A stretch of 63,231 bases of DNA, filler included, from Collodictyon triciliatum (lineage: Eukaryota), in the NCBI GenBank assembly GCA_043381765.1. It is 5 parts of 5 records of this genome, joined end to end, with 100 filler letters (N's around TTAATTAATTAA, not from the genome) between each part and the next. Parts side by side here need not be neighbours in the genome. Positions count along the whole stretch, not along the records: positions 1 to 15,232 come from JBHJMP010001701.1; 4 more parts are not named here. The stretch is one strand, 5' to 3'. The position numbers were made by a program, and so were the translations under genes. The notes beneath the pieces are model-generated. The model saw only the letters and a program-made list of their open reading frames with translations, had not been told where the DNA came from and made no database searches. How positions within the stretch are numbered: the first letter of the stretch is position 1; each line of letters starts with the position of its first letter. This document shows positions 1 to 13,658 of the stretch, piece by piece.

Positions 1-756
1 AAAAAAAAAAAAAAAAAAAGGAGAGGAGAGGAAAACGAAGCCGCCGTGTCACATTGGCCAAGATGAACACTTTCCCTCTAGGGCCAAGATAGGAAGAGGT
101 ATTGACCAGAGAAGCGCTGCATTTGCCGCCCACAAGGCCATTTCATACCACCCCTCTCAAACAGAATATCACAGCGAGCAACGACACCCGCGCGATTGAA
201 TCAGAAGAAAATACCACGGCCGAACCCGTTCGTTGACCCCAATTTCCATCCCATCCAGCTTCACATACATCACTGATTGGTTACTTCAGAGACTCCTTCC
301 GTGGCCTTTTGCTTCGAAACATCACACCCTTTCCCTAAAGTTACAAAACAGCCCGCTGGCGGTCTTTGAAAATTTGTGATGCATTGTTCCCTCAAGAGCG
401 GACATACTTTTTTTTTCCCCCTCTCTCTTTTTTTTTTTTTCTTCTTATCCAGGCAGCTCCACTAAGTTGAATATTGCTGGGTTGAAGACTTATTGGAAGG
501 TACAGTGGTGTATTGGTTGAGGTTTTAGACAAGTGATGTATTTTGTCATTGTCATATTGCTTGCTATTTGGGAGACTACAGCTCCCTCGGGTGGTGGGAT
601 GGATTAGGACAGGGTGACTTTTGGATATTCCATGCCGAATACGTCAGGCGAAAGCAATAAACACGTGCCCATAATTGTGCGATTGTGATATATTGGCGGC
701 AGGCTATGCGTAAGCACGGATTATTCCTGCAGTCAATACGAGGGTTATGTTTCATT

Positions 757-879
757 CATACATTACATACATTACATACATTACATACATTACATACACT
801 ACATACACTACATACACTACATACACTACATACACTACATACACTACATACACTACATACATTACACACATTACATACA
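757..879. repeat. 9-bp tandem repeat (TACATACAT/TACATACAC)n
   Basis: Directly visible; it produces the spurious HTL/YVV-repeat ORFs. Confidence 0.95.
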
Positions 880-2012
880 ACACCACCATTTCATGCCACA
901 ATAATGCCTTGATTTGAGCCAAGGCATTCATTCCTGGTCTGGATAAATATAAATACAAAGAATTGAGAAGGAAGGGAAAACAACAGAGAATTGGATAGTG
1001 TTTCAAGCGACTCATGGGCTGTAAAGCTAATTATTGGCTACTATATGGCAAAAAAAAAAAATTCACCCTCAAGACAATCGTAATTATAAAGAATGGTGGT
1101 GCCTAGAAACTGAAAGGAAAAGTAAAAACAAAGCCGATGAAATATATATATTGCTTCGGTGGCCTGGTGGGGCCTCCAGAACAAGTTGACTTCTTTCACA
1201 AAAAAAAAAAAAAAAGTTGACTTCTTGCACACACAATATTAGCCTGGAAAGAACTAAATAATTTTTGGAATATAAAACTGCATATATCAAGGCATACTTA
1301 ATGCGTTTGCCTCGCCCCTTTAAAAAAAAATGTAAAGAAGGTAGGATTGAAAAAAAATGCTTCAAAACACAAGGAAGAATAAGAGTGATGCGCACCCCCA
1401 AAGTTTGCTCACACTTTGTTAAATATAAACCCTCGGCACGGTACGTGCTTTTCCTATACATTTCACTCCTATCTTGCACAAACCTGAAAGAAAGAGTTTT
1501 TTTTTTTAAAAAAAAAAAAGGAGGCTAGCTGGCTTGGTGGAATGGATGCCCTTTTTCTTTTCTTTCTTCTCTCTTGTTTTATTTTTTATTTTTGGGTGGT
1601 ACCAGTGACGTTTCAAGGTGCAGCGTTTTTATAAGCCAGAACCGAACAACTTGTCCTTGTTTTAAATTTTTTATTTTATTTTTTTATCTTCCGATCATAA
1701 CTCCCATGAGAACTTGAGAAACCTTTCTTGTTTTTCAAACAAGGATCATATGACTCACCAAAAAGACTGAAAATATAAGAATAAGTCAAATAAAAAAAGG
1801 TACAGAAAAATAGACACACTGCGTCGTGCACACGTCCTAGTCTTTGTATTCCTTTCCATCGCTGCAGAAGGATACGAGCAGCGTCCTTTTTTTTTCCTTT
1901 GGAAGATAGACTCTAACAATCAACCACGATCGCGAAGGTACGCCTTGAGAAAGGACACAAGTAAAGAGAATATCCAGTGGCAGGCCGGCAATAAGCTTCG
2001 GAGTAAAAGCAT

Positions 2013-2699
2013 ATGGATCTTTCAGGGGTGGACAAAGGTGATCACATTCGATATCACGGCAGCTCCTTTCGTTATCTGTGTTTTTCTCTCTACCCTTCTT
2101 CATCTCACTCTTACGCCATTCTTTTGACGTCGGAAATGTACATAACTGGCTTGTTTTCATCCTGAGCGACGCTTTCGATTAGTTGTTGTTCTTCTCAGGC
2201 CCGTTGGCAACGCACCCATTCTAAAGGTGACAAAGTTCAAAGTGCAGAAAACACACTCCTTCCTTCAACTAGTGGATTTTACAAGGAAGCAGCTGAAACA
2301 GACAGGATCGGAAACACTGGTATGAAATAAATGAAAGCACAGTAAAGTCTTATTTGGGCCGCGTTCATACAGTTTTATTTTCTATCTATTGATCTATTTA
2401 CTTTTTTTTTGTTGGTAATTTAGTCATTCATTTATCTTTCCTCTCCTATTCTCTGGTGACCCTCCTAGATACTGTATATAAATAGCGCTTTTTCTCCTAG
2501 CATGGAGGAAACTGTGGCAGACCTTTTTAAGGTTACTTTTCGATAAGGCTATATGAAATCTACAAATAATGCTGACTTTTTTTTTAAAAAAAATGATAAT
2601 AGCATAATAACAATGAATAATTTTGTTCATTTCACATAGTGCTTTTCAAGAGATAACATGTTGATTGTAAATTACTCTGTCATTCCGGCCTGGGGATGA
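2013..2699 (+). CDS. ATG12: Ubiquitin-like autophagy protein ATG12, 4 exons (2013-2037, 2183-2319, 2469-2531, 2640-2699)
   Basis: GT-AG splicing gives MDLSGVDKVVVLLRPVGNAPILKVTKFKV...LYINSAFSPSMEETVADLFKCFSRDNMLIVNYSVIPAWG*, with the typical ATG12 motifs (APILK, YINSAFSP, C-terminal AWG). Confidence 0.96.
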
Positions 2700-3269
2700 A
2701 GGCTTTCACTCAATCAAGAACCATGCTTTATAAACCAGCATCAAAGATGAATAATTGGTTGTTATTGTTAAAAGTTGTTTTGATGCTGCGTTTCATGTTA
2801 ACTGAATCATGAGATTCTATTTTACTTACTGATATACCAAAAAAATGTTGGGTTATCATATTTTTCCCTGTCTTGGACTGATATTGTAACATCGCCAGTT
2901 GTGTAAATGTATTGTTAGTCTGGTTGGTTCTTGATAATCCTATAATCGATTAATCAACTAGCTTTCCTAACGCATGTACCGAGTCCGCTTTGTATTTTCA
3001 TTCATTCGTTTACATGGCCCTGATAATTTCTAAAATTTTATGCCTAAACTCAACAGATAACGAACTTGGTTTTCAAACGTACTAGAAAAGTGTTTTTTTT
3101 TTTTTTTTTAAAAAAAAGTTGAACCATGGGAGATGTGAGAAAAATGTGTGTGATGTAGAACAGACCTAAATAAATAGAGGAATAAAAAGGCACCGCTGGA
3201 AAGAAGTTGATGATCGTGAATTAGTTGGGCGATTGAACCAACTGATTGATTGACCGCGTAAGCAGAAGA

Positions 3270-4162
3270 GAGCAGGAAGTTTAATGATGTTGTGTTCAGG
3301 TAGCTTGCTTCTTTCGAGGTTTCAATGGTGATTTTGCTATCGAAAGAGCTTCTTTCACCTTTATCAAGATGGATACATACGGCAAGACCCCCGTTTCCTT
3401 CAAAAGTGACTTGTGATTATTCAGTACAGTCTATTCCATCTTTGGCTTGATACGCATCAAAATATATTTTTCCTTCTTGAATGCCATTCGTCGTGAAAGC
3501 CAAGTTGACATTTCCTGTGGTGGCGATTGATATATTTGCTGCATATTGACAGCTCTTACTGTTTCTCACCGATTAAAACTATATATCATATTGTTTCATT
3601 TTAATTCTCTTGTGTGTTTACAGTATACATGGGCGCAAGCACCTGTGATGCGAGTTTGAAACGGTAGACTTTGGTTACATCTCTTTTTGACTGAAAGCAC
3701 GAAAGCCTACTACTTCTGACGAGAACCACATTCTTTTCTTTTAAATTTATTCATTAATCTGATTTGCTTTCTTTAGGACATATCACTAAAATCCACAATT
3801 TTCTTGATTTTTGTTCTATCCAAATATACCCAACCCCTCCAGAGCTGTATCAAGTGTGCATCAGTAGTTACAATGTTAAAATCTCCACATGATTTGTATC
3901 ACTTCTCATCAAGAGTTGTGTACATAGCAATAAACATGCAATATATTCCATGGACCAACATTTTACGACATCAGAATGCTCTTCCTGTGCACCGTGACTG
4001 GATTGCGCTTGGTAAAGCCATTATTATCTCTTAGATATATATATATCAGGAATCCTTGTTCTTTTTTTTTTTTTCTAAAGGAGGCGAGAGCGTTATTTTA
4101 ATGTGCGAGCCTTTGTCTTCCTAGGTTCGGAAGAACACTTGGGAATCGAAATACGGGATTGA
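3270..4162 (+). other. Possible small spliced gene or pseudogene with an in-frame TGA; product unknown
   Basis: Several plausible donor/acceptor pairs join in phase, but the only continuous frame has a TGA near 3656. No family recognised with confidence. Confidence 0.25.
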
Positions 4163-5143
4163 TGGAAACGCATCACGCTTTGAAAGATTCTGCTGTGTGA
4201 CCTTATGACTTGGCCACTCGCTTCGAAGTTATGATGTGTATTTACTTCATTTCTTTAGACTGGTTCAATTTTCGTCAAAGATGCAGTGGAAATATTTCAT
4301 CGGTAGAATACTTGTGTTTTTTTTTTTTTTTTGAAGATGTTATCTTTAAAATGTAAGTGCACCAAGATAGATATACCATTGTTTTGCTGCACTATGGCAT
4401 TGAATTAGGGATTGCTTTAATATAGGACTTGTCATAGGGTGTGTATGATAGATATGAACAATCATGTTTACATTCCGAAAGGTTGGTATATGGATTACCT
4501 TTTCATTTCTACCATAATTTATTGTTGGTAACAGGAGAGCTTTGAAATCCCCAATATAGCTCGCTTCTTGTTAGCTTCTCTTTTATTTTTATTTTTTTAG
4601 CTTTTTTTTTTTTAAAAAAAAAATTAACAAGAGGAGCCCCTTCGAGAAAAAAAAACCGACTCTGGAAATCAAAGATTCGCGTCGGTGTCAGCAAGTTGCA
4701 CAATCCCTTTTTAACTTGTGAAGAGAGGGACAAAGTTTAATTCCAATTCATATTAGTATAATGGTTCGTGTTGCTGATGTAAACTGTATATCTGTGCTCT
4801 GATAGCGCTCCCCACATACTTCCAGCTGCGAAAAAACAGACAAAAAAGTGAGGATGGACAACCGTGTTGGGGCATCTGGATTTCTGGAATCCGGATTCTA
4901 TCAGTCTGGATTCTATCGACCCGGCACTGAGAACAACCCAGGAATCAGGGGGCAATTATAACCGAAGCTTCTAAGAAAATCGCCGAAAATTAAAAGTCAC
5001 AAGAGATAAACATCGGCACGAAACGAATAGTACCAGGTTCGGAGATAATCAAATCATTCAAATCAGCAGCCGATGAAGAAACAGAACCGCAGCAGCCTTT
5101 CAGGAACATGTGGAGTCAACCATCAACAAGCCAGACAGTGGTT

Positions 5144-5205
5144 GAATGAGAATGAGAATGAGAATGAGAATGAGAATGAGAATGAGAATGAGAATCAATG
5201 AGAAT
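5144..5205. repeat. (GAGAAT)n microsatellite
   Basis: Directly visible. Confidence 0.95.
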
Positions 5206-5317
5206 CAGTGTATGTGTGTGAATAAATAATTCTATCGATCAATACAAGAAGCCACCAAGGTGCACAATAGCGCTTTGCCGACATACAAACTCTGACACCA
5301 AGCTCCCAACCCAAAGA

Positions 5318-5512
5318 ATGAGTCAGAGACAAGGACACAACGCAAGACGACGAGGGCACAGCCGCCATCCCCGTGCAAATGCGGGAAAATGGGGGGCTGC
5401 ACAAGATGCTGCTCGGGAGGAATATGCATCGTAAGAATCTAAATGGATTTTTTTTTCCGTTTCCGTTCCTTCCTTACCTTACTTTTTTCCCCCCTTTATT
5501 CGATTCAAGCCT

Positions 5513-5604
<92 letters not shown>

Positions 5605-8600
5605 CTCCCCTCCTTTAAAGGGCATTTATAAACACGACAAAAAAAAAAAAGGATTACTATTCAATCTATATTTTAACAAGTAGCTATCTCCAACCTAAAC
5701 TTAATATGTGTCTGATAGTATACGCTTTGTACATTTTATTCTCTCAGCCAAAAATGTTAACTTTTGTATTTTATTTTTGCATAAAGAGACGAGGAGTTCC
5801 AAGATGGTCCCGTATCATCACTTTCTGGAGCAGAGAAAGAATTGATCGCCAAATATTCTGTTCAAATCATGTAGTAATTCAAATGATTATTCTTTATCTT
5901 ATTTTTGTGGCTTGAATATTCTAGTTTACATATAATGTTTTAATTCCTTTCAATAAGTTGTTTTTTGTTTCTCTATTATATTTTTAAGTTCTGATATCTA
6001 TGTGTGTTCTCACATGTGTCCAATCTCTTTATCTACACAACGGTGTAAGTTGGTTGTTAATCTTGATTGTTTCTTTAGGGGGCTAAAGCGCATATTCGGA
6101 GGCTCTGGTTTGGATGATGTCGTTCTTGCAAATGTGCTGGACATGCTGGGCGGTGACCAACGCCAGGCAGAACAGTTTCTCAATATTCCACAAGACAGTC
6201 AAGGAGACTACATTGATGCTCGCCAACAGAGAGACATGAATGAAGAATACTATGGCAGTATTCAGGTATTATTTCTGTATCATTCTCTAAAGACACATAA
6301 TCACAATGAAAACTACCAAACTCATACACATTGTAGTCTTTGGCCCCCATCAGAGGCATGCCCCAACAGGATACCAGACTACCTGCCGGCATAATGACAA
6401 TCGATCCACCGCAAGATGATCCCATTAGGACTATTCGCTCTTTCATTACTAACAAGTTGACCCCAACACCATTGGCTGTCCATTTCAAATCCTTGGATGA
6501 ACACCCGAATGTCTACATCGCAGTTATATCTATTCTCTTGCGGGTTCGTTTTATACGTCCCTTTCTTTGTATCTTTCCAACTCACCGTGCGATGGGCCTC
6601 GAAATGGGAGATGTATTATCTTAGTGTTGCCACCAAACCCCACACCCATACCAAATACACCTTAATATATGTATATATAAACATAATATTGTGTAATTAT
6701 ACACGTGTGATATAATTTATTATTGTTGTTATTTTGTATTTCGACCATGTTATATTGCTGTGTTTTGGTCTAGTGGTGGCATTGGTCATCCAATCAGCTT
6801 ACAAATGATAATGTTCATATAGCAAGGATTCGAAATGTCAGCATCAAATAAGGCCAAGGTCTTGGCTTCTCTCCTATCTCGTCGTCAATTCAGTGTTTTT
6901 AATCAATTGATGGGCTCTGTACATGCGAAGTTTGGTGTAGCAGAGGTACTCTACCATCCATGTGTCACTTCTCACAAATAGATATATGCGTATGTCTTTA
7001 TCAACATAAATAGTCAAAATCTTCATATACATTTAGCTGATGAAGGCAGTCGATTTTTTGGATGGACCACGGTTGATAAGGTCGTATGAAAAGCGTATTG
7101 CCCGTCTTCAAGTCCAGGCATGTCTATATAGTAACACAAAGAACTTACCATATTGCCTTAGTTTTTATCCATTGTCACATCAAAGTGCTATCATTAATAC
7201 AGTACGTTTCAATAGAATACTGCAAAGCCCAAAAAGTATGCCGCAATACGTCGGAAGATTGAGGAATTGAAAACCGAAATTGGAGTATGTATTCATCATC
7301 AGTTGATTCGGCCCTGTTAGATAAAATTGAAATGACATACTCATATACATTTATATCTATTCGACATTTTCACCATTTAATTGCATGGAACGTAGGATAT
7401 TGAATCCTCAGTGACATCGTCTATTGTAAATACTCTCAAGAAGTGGACTTTAAGCATTCCTCCAGAGCAGCTTCAGTTCTTTGTTAGTGGCTGTGTCCCT
7501 TTACCTTATCATCGCTCTTNNNNNNNNNNNNNNNNNNNNNNNNNNNNNNNNNNNNNNNNNNNNNNNNNNNNNNNNNNNNNNNNNNNNNNNNNNNNNNNNN
7601 NNNNNNNNNNNNNNNNNNNNNNNNNNNNNNNNNNNNNNNNNNNNNNNNNNNNNNNNNNNNNNNNNNNNNNNNNNNNNNNNNNNNNNNNNNNNNNNNNNNN
7701 NNNNNNNNNNNNNNNNNNNNNNNNNNNNNNNNNNNNNNNNNNNNNNNNNNNNNNNNNNNNNNNNNNNNNNNNNNNNNNNNNNNNNNNNNNNNNNNNNNNN
7801 NNNNNNNNNNNNNNNNNNNNNNNNNNNNNNNNNNNNNNNNNNNNNNNNNNNNNNNNNNNNNNNNNNNNNNNNNNNNNNNNNNNNNNNNNNNNNNNNNNNN
7901 NNNNNNNNNNNNNNNNNNNNNNNNNNNNNNNNNNNNNNNNNNNNNNNNNNNNNNNNNNNNNNNNNNNNNNNNNNNNNNNNNNNNNNNNNNNNNNNNNNNN
8001 NNNNNNNNNNNNNNNNNNNNNNNNNNNNNNNNNNNNNNNNNNNNNNNNNNNNNNNNNNNNNNNNNNNNNNNNNNNNNNNNNNNNNNNNNNNNNNNNNNNN
8101 NNNNNNNNNNNTTTTTTCCCATGAATATTATACGGCTTCATCTCAATATATTTTTATGTATTATTTGAAATCAAATAGATATTCATAGCCGTTCTCCGCA
8201 AGAAATTTGACATATCGACCTTTTCAGACCCCACTAAACGGCGAATTGCATTGTATGACTCAATTAAACTAGCAAGAAGCTTAATCGATGTATAAAATGT
8301 ATTTCATATAACCATAAATCGAATGGAAATCTGCTTCTTTAAGCCATCACTTCTCTTTACTATCTCGGAGAAAATAAAATGCAATATATGCGAATGACTG
8401 ATTGGCATTTATTCAATTGTTGGTTTGTGTTTTTCTGTTTTTGTTTTTTTTGTTTTTTTTGTTTTTTTTGTTTTTTTTGTTTTTTCTCTCTTGATGTCTG
8501 ATAAAATAGATATTCACCTCTCGACATGTTACTATGGTACTGGGAAGAGCTGTCATGCCCAGCTGTCGATGCAGTTATCGCAGAGAGGGTTGCTGTAAGA

Positions 8601-10543
8601 TAACCACCATATACTTTCATTTCTGTTCATGCACAACAATATGCTCACCATCGATGGTGGCGATTCCTCTTCCTAGAACTCATATATCAATAAAAATGTT
8701 CATGATAATCACAACAGCAAGGAGAGACTGTAAGCTTTGCCTATGGAAAACTTATGGAAAGGCTTTTGACAATGTCGCTGAGGTTTCAACCCCACTTCTT
8801 TTCTTTTTTTTTTTTTTGACTGCACTCACATTTCTTTATACATGAATGTTTTTTCTTTTTTAAAAGGGATAAAATAATAATAATAATAATCAGGAAAGCA
8901 CCCTTTTTGGGGTCTCTTCTTCCAAAAGCCGAAGAGAAACTGGTCAAGGCAACTACTGAGAGGCTCATCTGCCTTCCTCCTCCTATTGTCGTTCTCGGGG
9001 ATGCGTCATATAGCATGGATGTCGCTATTCGTGTGTCTACAATCATCGGCTCCCTCGTTAGTGGTGAGTGTATTGGAAGAAGAAAGAGAAAGAGAGAAAT
9101 ATATCCTGACAATACTATTATTTATCATTATTTATTTTCGTGGATACACTTATTTTGCTGTTAGAATCCCCTTGATAGAGTTCTTTGTATTACTCATACT
9201 CATGAAAACTATTCTATCCAGCCCTGACACATGCCGAGATTCGCTTCTTTGGCTCTTCTCATTTCACATTAGCAGAGCAGCCTCGAACAGTCGAACAGGC
9301 ACGTTTTCTGACGTCCAAATCTTGATCTACTGATCTATCCAGATATTTAGTTGCTCGTTAGTGTGTGTAAGCAGTCGATGATATTGAAAATTTCTTAATA
9401 TTCAGGTATTGAATGCAGCCCAGTCAGTGCGAGCTGATGGGATGACAAATCCGTGCTCTGCGTTGAAATATTACTACACTCAGTAACTTTTTGCTTGCAT
9501 TTGTGCATATATCTCATCTCATGAGAGACCTTGAATGGATAGTAAATATCACCACAACATATTATTGTGGCTTAAAGTAGTCTTAAAATTATTCACTCGT
9601 TTGAATATTTATATATAGCAAGATTATTGTCAGCTGGTTCTTTGTCATCTCCGATGAAATGGAAAACATGAAGGAAGATGGGCTCTATTTCCCTCAGTTG
9701 TTTGACAAATATTATAAGGTTTGTTGCTACTTTTTTATATCTCTTTTCATAAACCTCTATAGGACTATATATCTTGATTGGATAGATATGGAATTTTAAT
9801 TGGCGCGCTTTCTAGCACTGTTCGCATATCATACACCAACCTGTATACTTATTTTCATTTCAAACATAATGAAGACTCTAAAGCATGATCGCTCGTTTTT
9901 ACTGCTATTTAACAGGAAGTTGCGCCAGCAAATCTAATCTTTATCAGTTTCTTGGATACCACACAAAGGCAAGGGAGGATGTGCGAAGCTCTTCAGGTTT
10001 GCAACAAAACCATACTTTTTTTGAACTATTCTCAGCCTTGCGTGATGGTTGAATGAAAGATTGCTGAGACAAGCTCAACAGCTAATACTTTCAGAATGTT
10101 AAAAATGATAAAAAAATAAAAATAACAACTATTCTCAGCCTTCGCCTGGCTACAACCCACGATATTATTTGTTTTTTGTTTACTTTTTTTTTTTTTTAAA
10201 AAAAAAAAAAAATTTTTTTTTTTTTTTTTTTTTTTTCTTTTTTTTTTTTTTAAAAAAAAAAAAAAATTATATCATTAGATCACTTTTTCTTAATTTTTAT
10301 TTCTCATGTGCTCGTGACCCCATCAGTCATGATGAAAATCACGCGCAACGACACCATTTAACTAGCATATTCTCACAGAGACTGGGGTACGAGCCGCTTA
10401 TGTATCGCCTGCATGCCAGACAGCCCGACCTGTCCAAGTTGGACAGCATCCTGGCGGCAATCTCCTCTCGAGGCGACACATTCGATAGCCAAGTGAGAGA
10501 GTTTCTGGGGTCCATGGAGAACCACGGTGAATCTTCGCAGTGA
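5318..10543 (+). CDS. Multi-exon uncharacterised protein: N-terminal CUE-like domain + TROVE/Ro60-like helical region + vWA domain (spans the N gap 7520-8111)
   Basis: Exons read MSQRQGHNARR..., LKRIFGGSGLDDVVLANVLDMLGGDQRQAEQFL (CUE-like), YSPLDMLLWYWEEL, FAYGKLMERLL, PIVVLGDASYSMDVAIRVSTIIGSL (MIDAS DxSxS), ADGMTNPCSAL, FFVISDEMEN, LIFISFL and PDLSKLDSILAAI...ESSQ*. Confidence 0.8.
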
Positions 10544-11177
10544 GGCAAACCACTTCCGCATCGCGGCACGCTCTGCAGATTGTGCGAGTTTTCTGTCGTC
10601 CACGCAGCAGAACGGTCAAGAGAAGAGGAATGACCCTGGTGAATAAAGACCAGACGAATAGATGGCTCGATGCAACCGCGCACGGTTTCCTCTCTTCTGT
10701 TGCGTCTCGTTTCAGGCTCACGTGTAAATACCTGCTCACAGCCAATTACTGTGATATGTTTGTATGTCTATGATTTTGTTTGAAATAATCAATATAGAAG
10801 TGAAAGAAAGAAAGAACTGTATGCAATGAACGTATATCTTTGTTTTCCTGTAATATGAACGGAAAAAGAGAAGAGGACTAATGTGGTTGTGGTACCCTGG
10901 ATTCCTGAATTGTTGCAGCAGAGCGGAATCTGCGACCATCGCCATGGGTGTTACTTGGGCACTTATCGCTGCGATTGCTCTTCTGTTCTGCAGACAATTA
11001 TTTATCCCTTCTTTTCTTTTTTATTTTAAATATTTAACTATCTATTCATTTATCCATTTATCCCCCTCTATTCATCGTAAGTATATGCGCAGCGCAGAGG
11101 CACATGACGGCTTTCGAAATCAGCCGTGGCTGCCAGAATCAGGTGCTTGGAAAGCGTGTGTTTATGGGGTGGCTGCA

Positions 11178-12215
11178 CTAGACGATGCGTTCGAGTTCCT
11201 TTGCATATGTCAGGACATTACAGATGGTTTGTTGCGTGGGGATTCCAGGGGAGCTTTCCTCCTCTTTGCCAAAGAAGACAACACGGTTGTCGGCCTTCCA
11301 GTTGTGCTATGAATTCATCCAATATTTAGATTCCTTCGTTCTCTTTTTCTTTGACTGATTCATGCGCCATCAAAGCATTTGGACAAATTCAAACATCTGC
11401 ATTTATATGTCATTTTCAAATAAATGGAAGGAAAATCATTTTTTGGTGAAAATAATAATAATAATAATAATAATAATAATTATAATTATACAGATATGCG
11501 ACAAAATAAATAAATAAATAAATATGAATGACTACTTCATGGCAAAATTGGAGAAGTTCAGCCTCTGAATTGAACTGGAAAATCTTCTGGGCGTCAGCAA
11601 AGCGAAGGTGACCGTACGCATGCTCGCTGCAGCTCGCCAACTCGCCTCTGAAAAAAAAAAAAAAAAGGTTCGTCAGGTGGGTACAGTTATCTGTGGTTCA
11701 TCAATTATTTTTTTTTTCCTTCATTCGATTCAAAGCTATGGTTCATCGATAATATACTAAAATAGTTTACTTCAAGTCGATGAGTTTACACATTAACTGA
11801 CCTAATTGTCTTGCGCATCTTGCCGAGGAATACTTTGTATGATTCCTGGATTAATAAAAATAATAATAATTAGGGAAGTTTGTGTGAAAAATGTGATAGT
11901 GCGTTTGGCAATCGACTAAAAAAATGTAAGTCAGAAGATTTATCACATCAGGAGGGTTGGTGGCAGATAAAAGCTTCTGGTAATTTCCCTATTCGAATAT
12001 TAAATAATAGAGTAAGTCAGACAAAAAAAAAATGCAAAATTTGTGCACATGAAAAATAGTAGAGCAATCATAGCTGTTCACCCAAACGAAAGAGAGAGTA
12101 CCTCCATTAGGTATTGTTCGAGTTGCATAGGGAAGTTAATGAATGAGTTGATGTGGGTATCTAAAGAGTGAGAATGAAAAGTATATGGTTCGGTGTTGGA
12201 TGAGCAAATAAGTGA

Positions 12216-12291
<76 letters not shown>

Positions 12292-13052
12292 GATATAAGC
12301 ATGTGCGTGGTTGTCATGAACTAACCAATTGGAATCAGCTCAAGTTCTGTATGAAACTCAGAGATTCGGTTTTGGGACAAGAGGAGCATCAAGTTGAGTC
12401 CGATGATGAGGTATTTACGAGGAGATTCCTGAAGATTGTGCCTGCAAAAGAATTCTCAGCATTTTTATTTGCAAACAGTCAAGAAAAAAATTGCGAGAAA
12501 TGCATGCTAGTTTTTTTTTTTATCTGATGGTACGGATTGCTGTCGTAGTATGTTTTCAGCTGCGTAAAGTGGCGCTCAAAAGCAGGCTCGTCATCAAAAC
12601 GGACAGCAGCCAAGGATGCCAGTTCCAGAAGGTCACCTAAGTACAACCATGGGATGTCAATATTACGGTTTATCGGTCTCGATAATGCGACAATTTGGTA
12701 CTAAACATAGAAAGGAAACAATGAGTATGTTTTCCCCAAATGCGCAGAAAGAGAGAAAGAAAGAATGTTGCAAAAGGAATGTAACAGACGGGCGAGAAGA
12801 GACTCTTGAGAAGCAGTAGACGAAGAGCTCTCGGCAGGTAAGAGAAAGGACAGTTTCAGTAGTCCAATCTGTGATCGGTGCGCACGAATGCCTTGGTTGT
12901 TAGTTGAAATGACTGCATATTATGCGTACAAAGCAGTAAGTAACCTTGATCTCATCCACAGACGACTGGATATCTCCATAAGAGCAGCTGGGCGATGCAA
13001 AGGTTTGCTGCAACTCTCCAAAGCGGCTGTGAACTTGCGCGAACGTGCTCAT
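11178..13052 (-). CDS. RPN12: 26S proteasome lid subunit RPN12/PSMD8, multi-exon
   Basis: Exons read ...QESLLARDLLELASLAAVRFDDEPAFERHFTQLKTYY, FINFPMQLEQYLMEG, ELASCSEHAY and C-terminal TICNVLTYAKELERIV*. Confidence 0.95.
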
Positions 13053-13126
13053 TCGGATTATTGCAGTGCCTGTAGTTCTCTGTAAACTGGCATAAGCCAT
13101 AGAAGGTTTTGTAGCAAGCAGCTTAT

Positions 13127-13161
<35 letters not shown>

Positions 13162-13658
13162 GCATGTTCCGGTCACAGGTTTGCAGACAAAGCGCCTCCA
13201 GTAAAAGGAATGAAGACATGCTTGGCTGCTTCTGTGATGGTTTGATCCGTTCGATTCAGATTTGTCCTTGATTGTTGAGACGTGATGAGAGACGAAATAG
13301 AATCTTCGATAAAGGCTTCATCTATATGTGGAATTTAAATCATATATCCTTATGTCAAACCTGATTGCTGTCCAGATATTGGATTAAGCATAAAAAATAT
13401 CACCCTGTATTTCTTGGATATAAGGGATCAATATTAGATATTCATAGGGTGTGGCATCTTCTCATTGCTCTGGCTGGCGTGATTGTGGGAGGTATCGTCA
13501 TTTTTTACCATCACCCATGTGAGTTTGTAATTTGGGGGTGATTAATTCATGCTTCATTACGCCCAGATAGCCATTCATTTGCCTGGCCGGTGTTGTTACT
13601 GATATTGTTGGATTTTTTTTTTTTTAAAAAAAAGAAGCGAGTTGATCCTTAAAGTATT

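Noticed and set aside
40-700. Possible exons at the window start
   Set aside because: Candidate splice sites give no phase-consistent open frame on either strand.
7411-8188. ORFs of over 200 aa made mostly of X (also 58998-59453)
   Set aside because: They run through N gaps.
10024-10142. Direct repeat AACTATTCTCAGCCTT within an intron
   Set aside because: Only two local copies, with no recognisable element between them.
2013-13052. Proteostasis cluster (ATG12, CUE-vWA, RPN12)
   Set aside because: Three loosely related housekeeping-type genes can be adjacent by chance; no shared regulatory motif seen.
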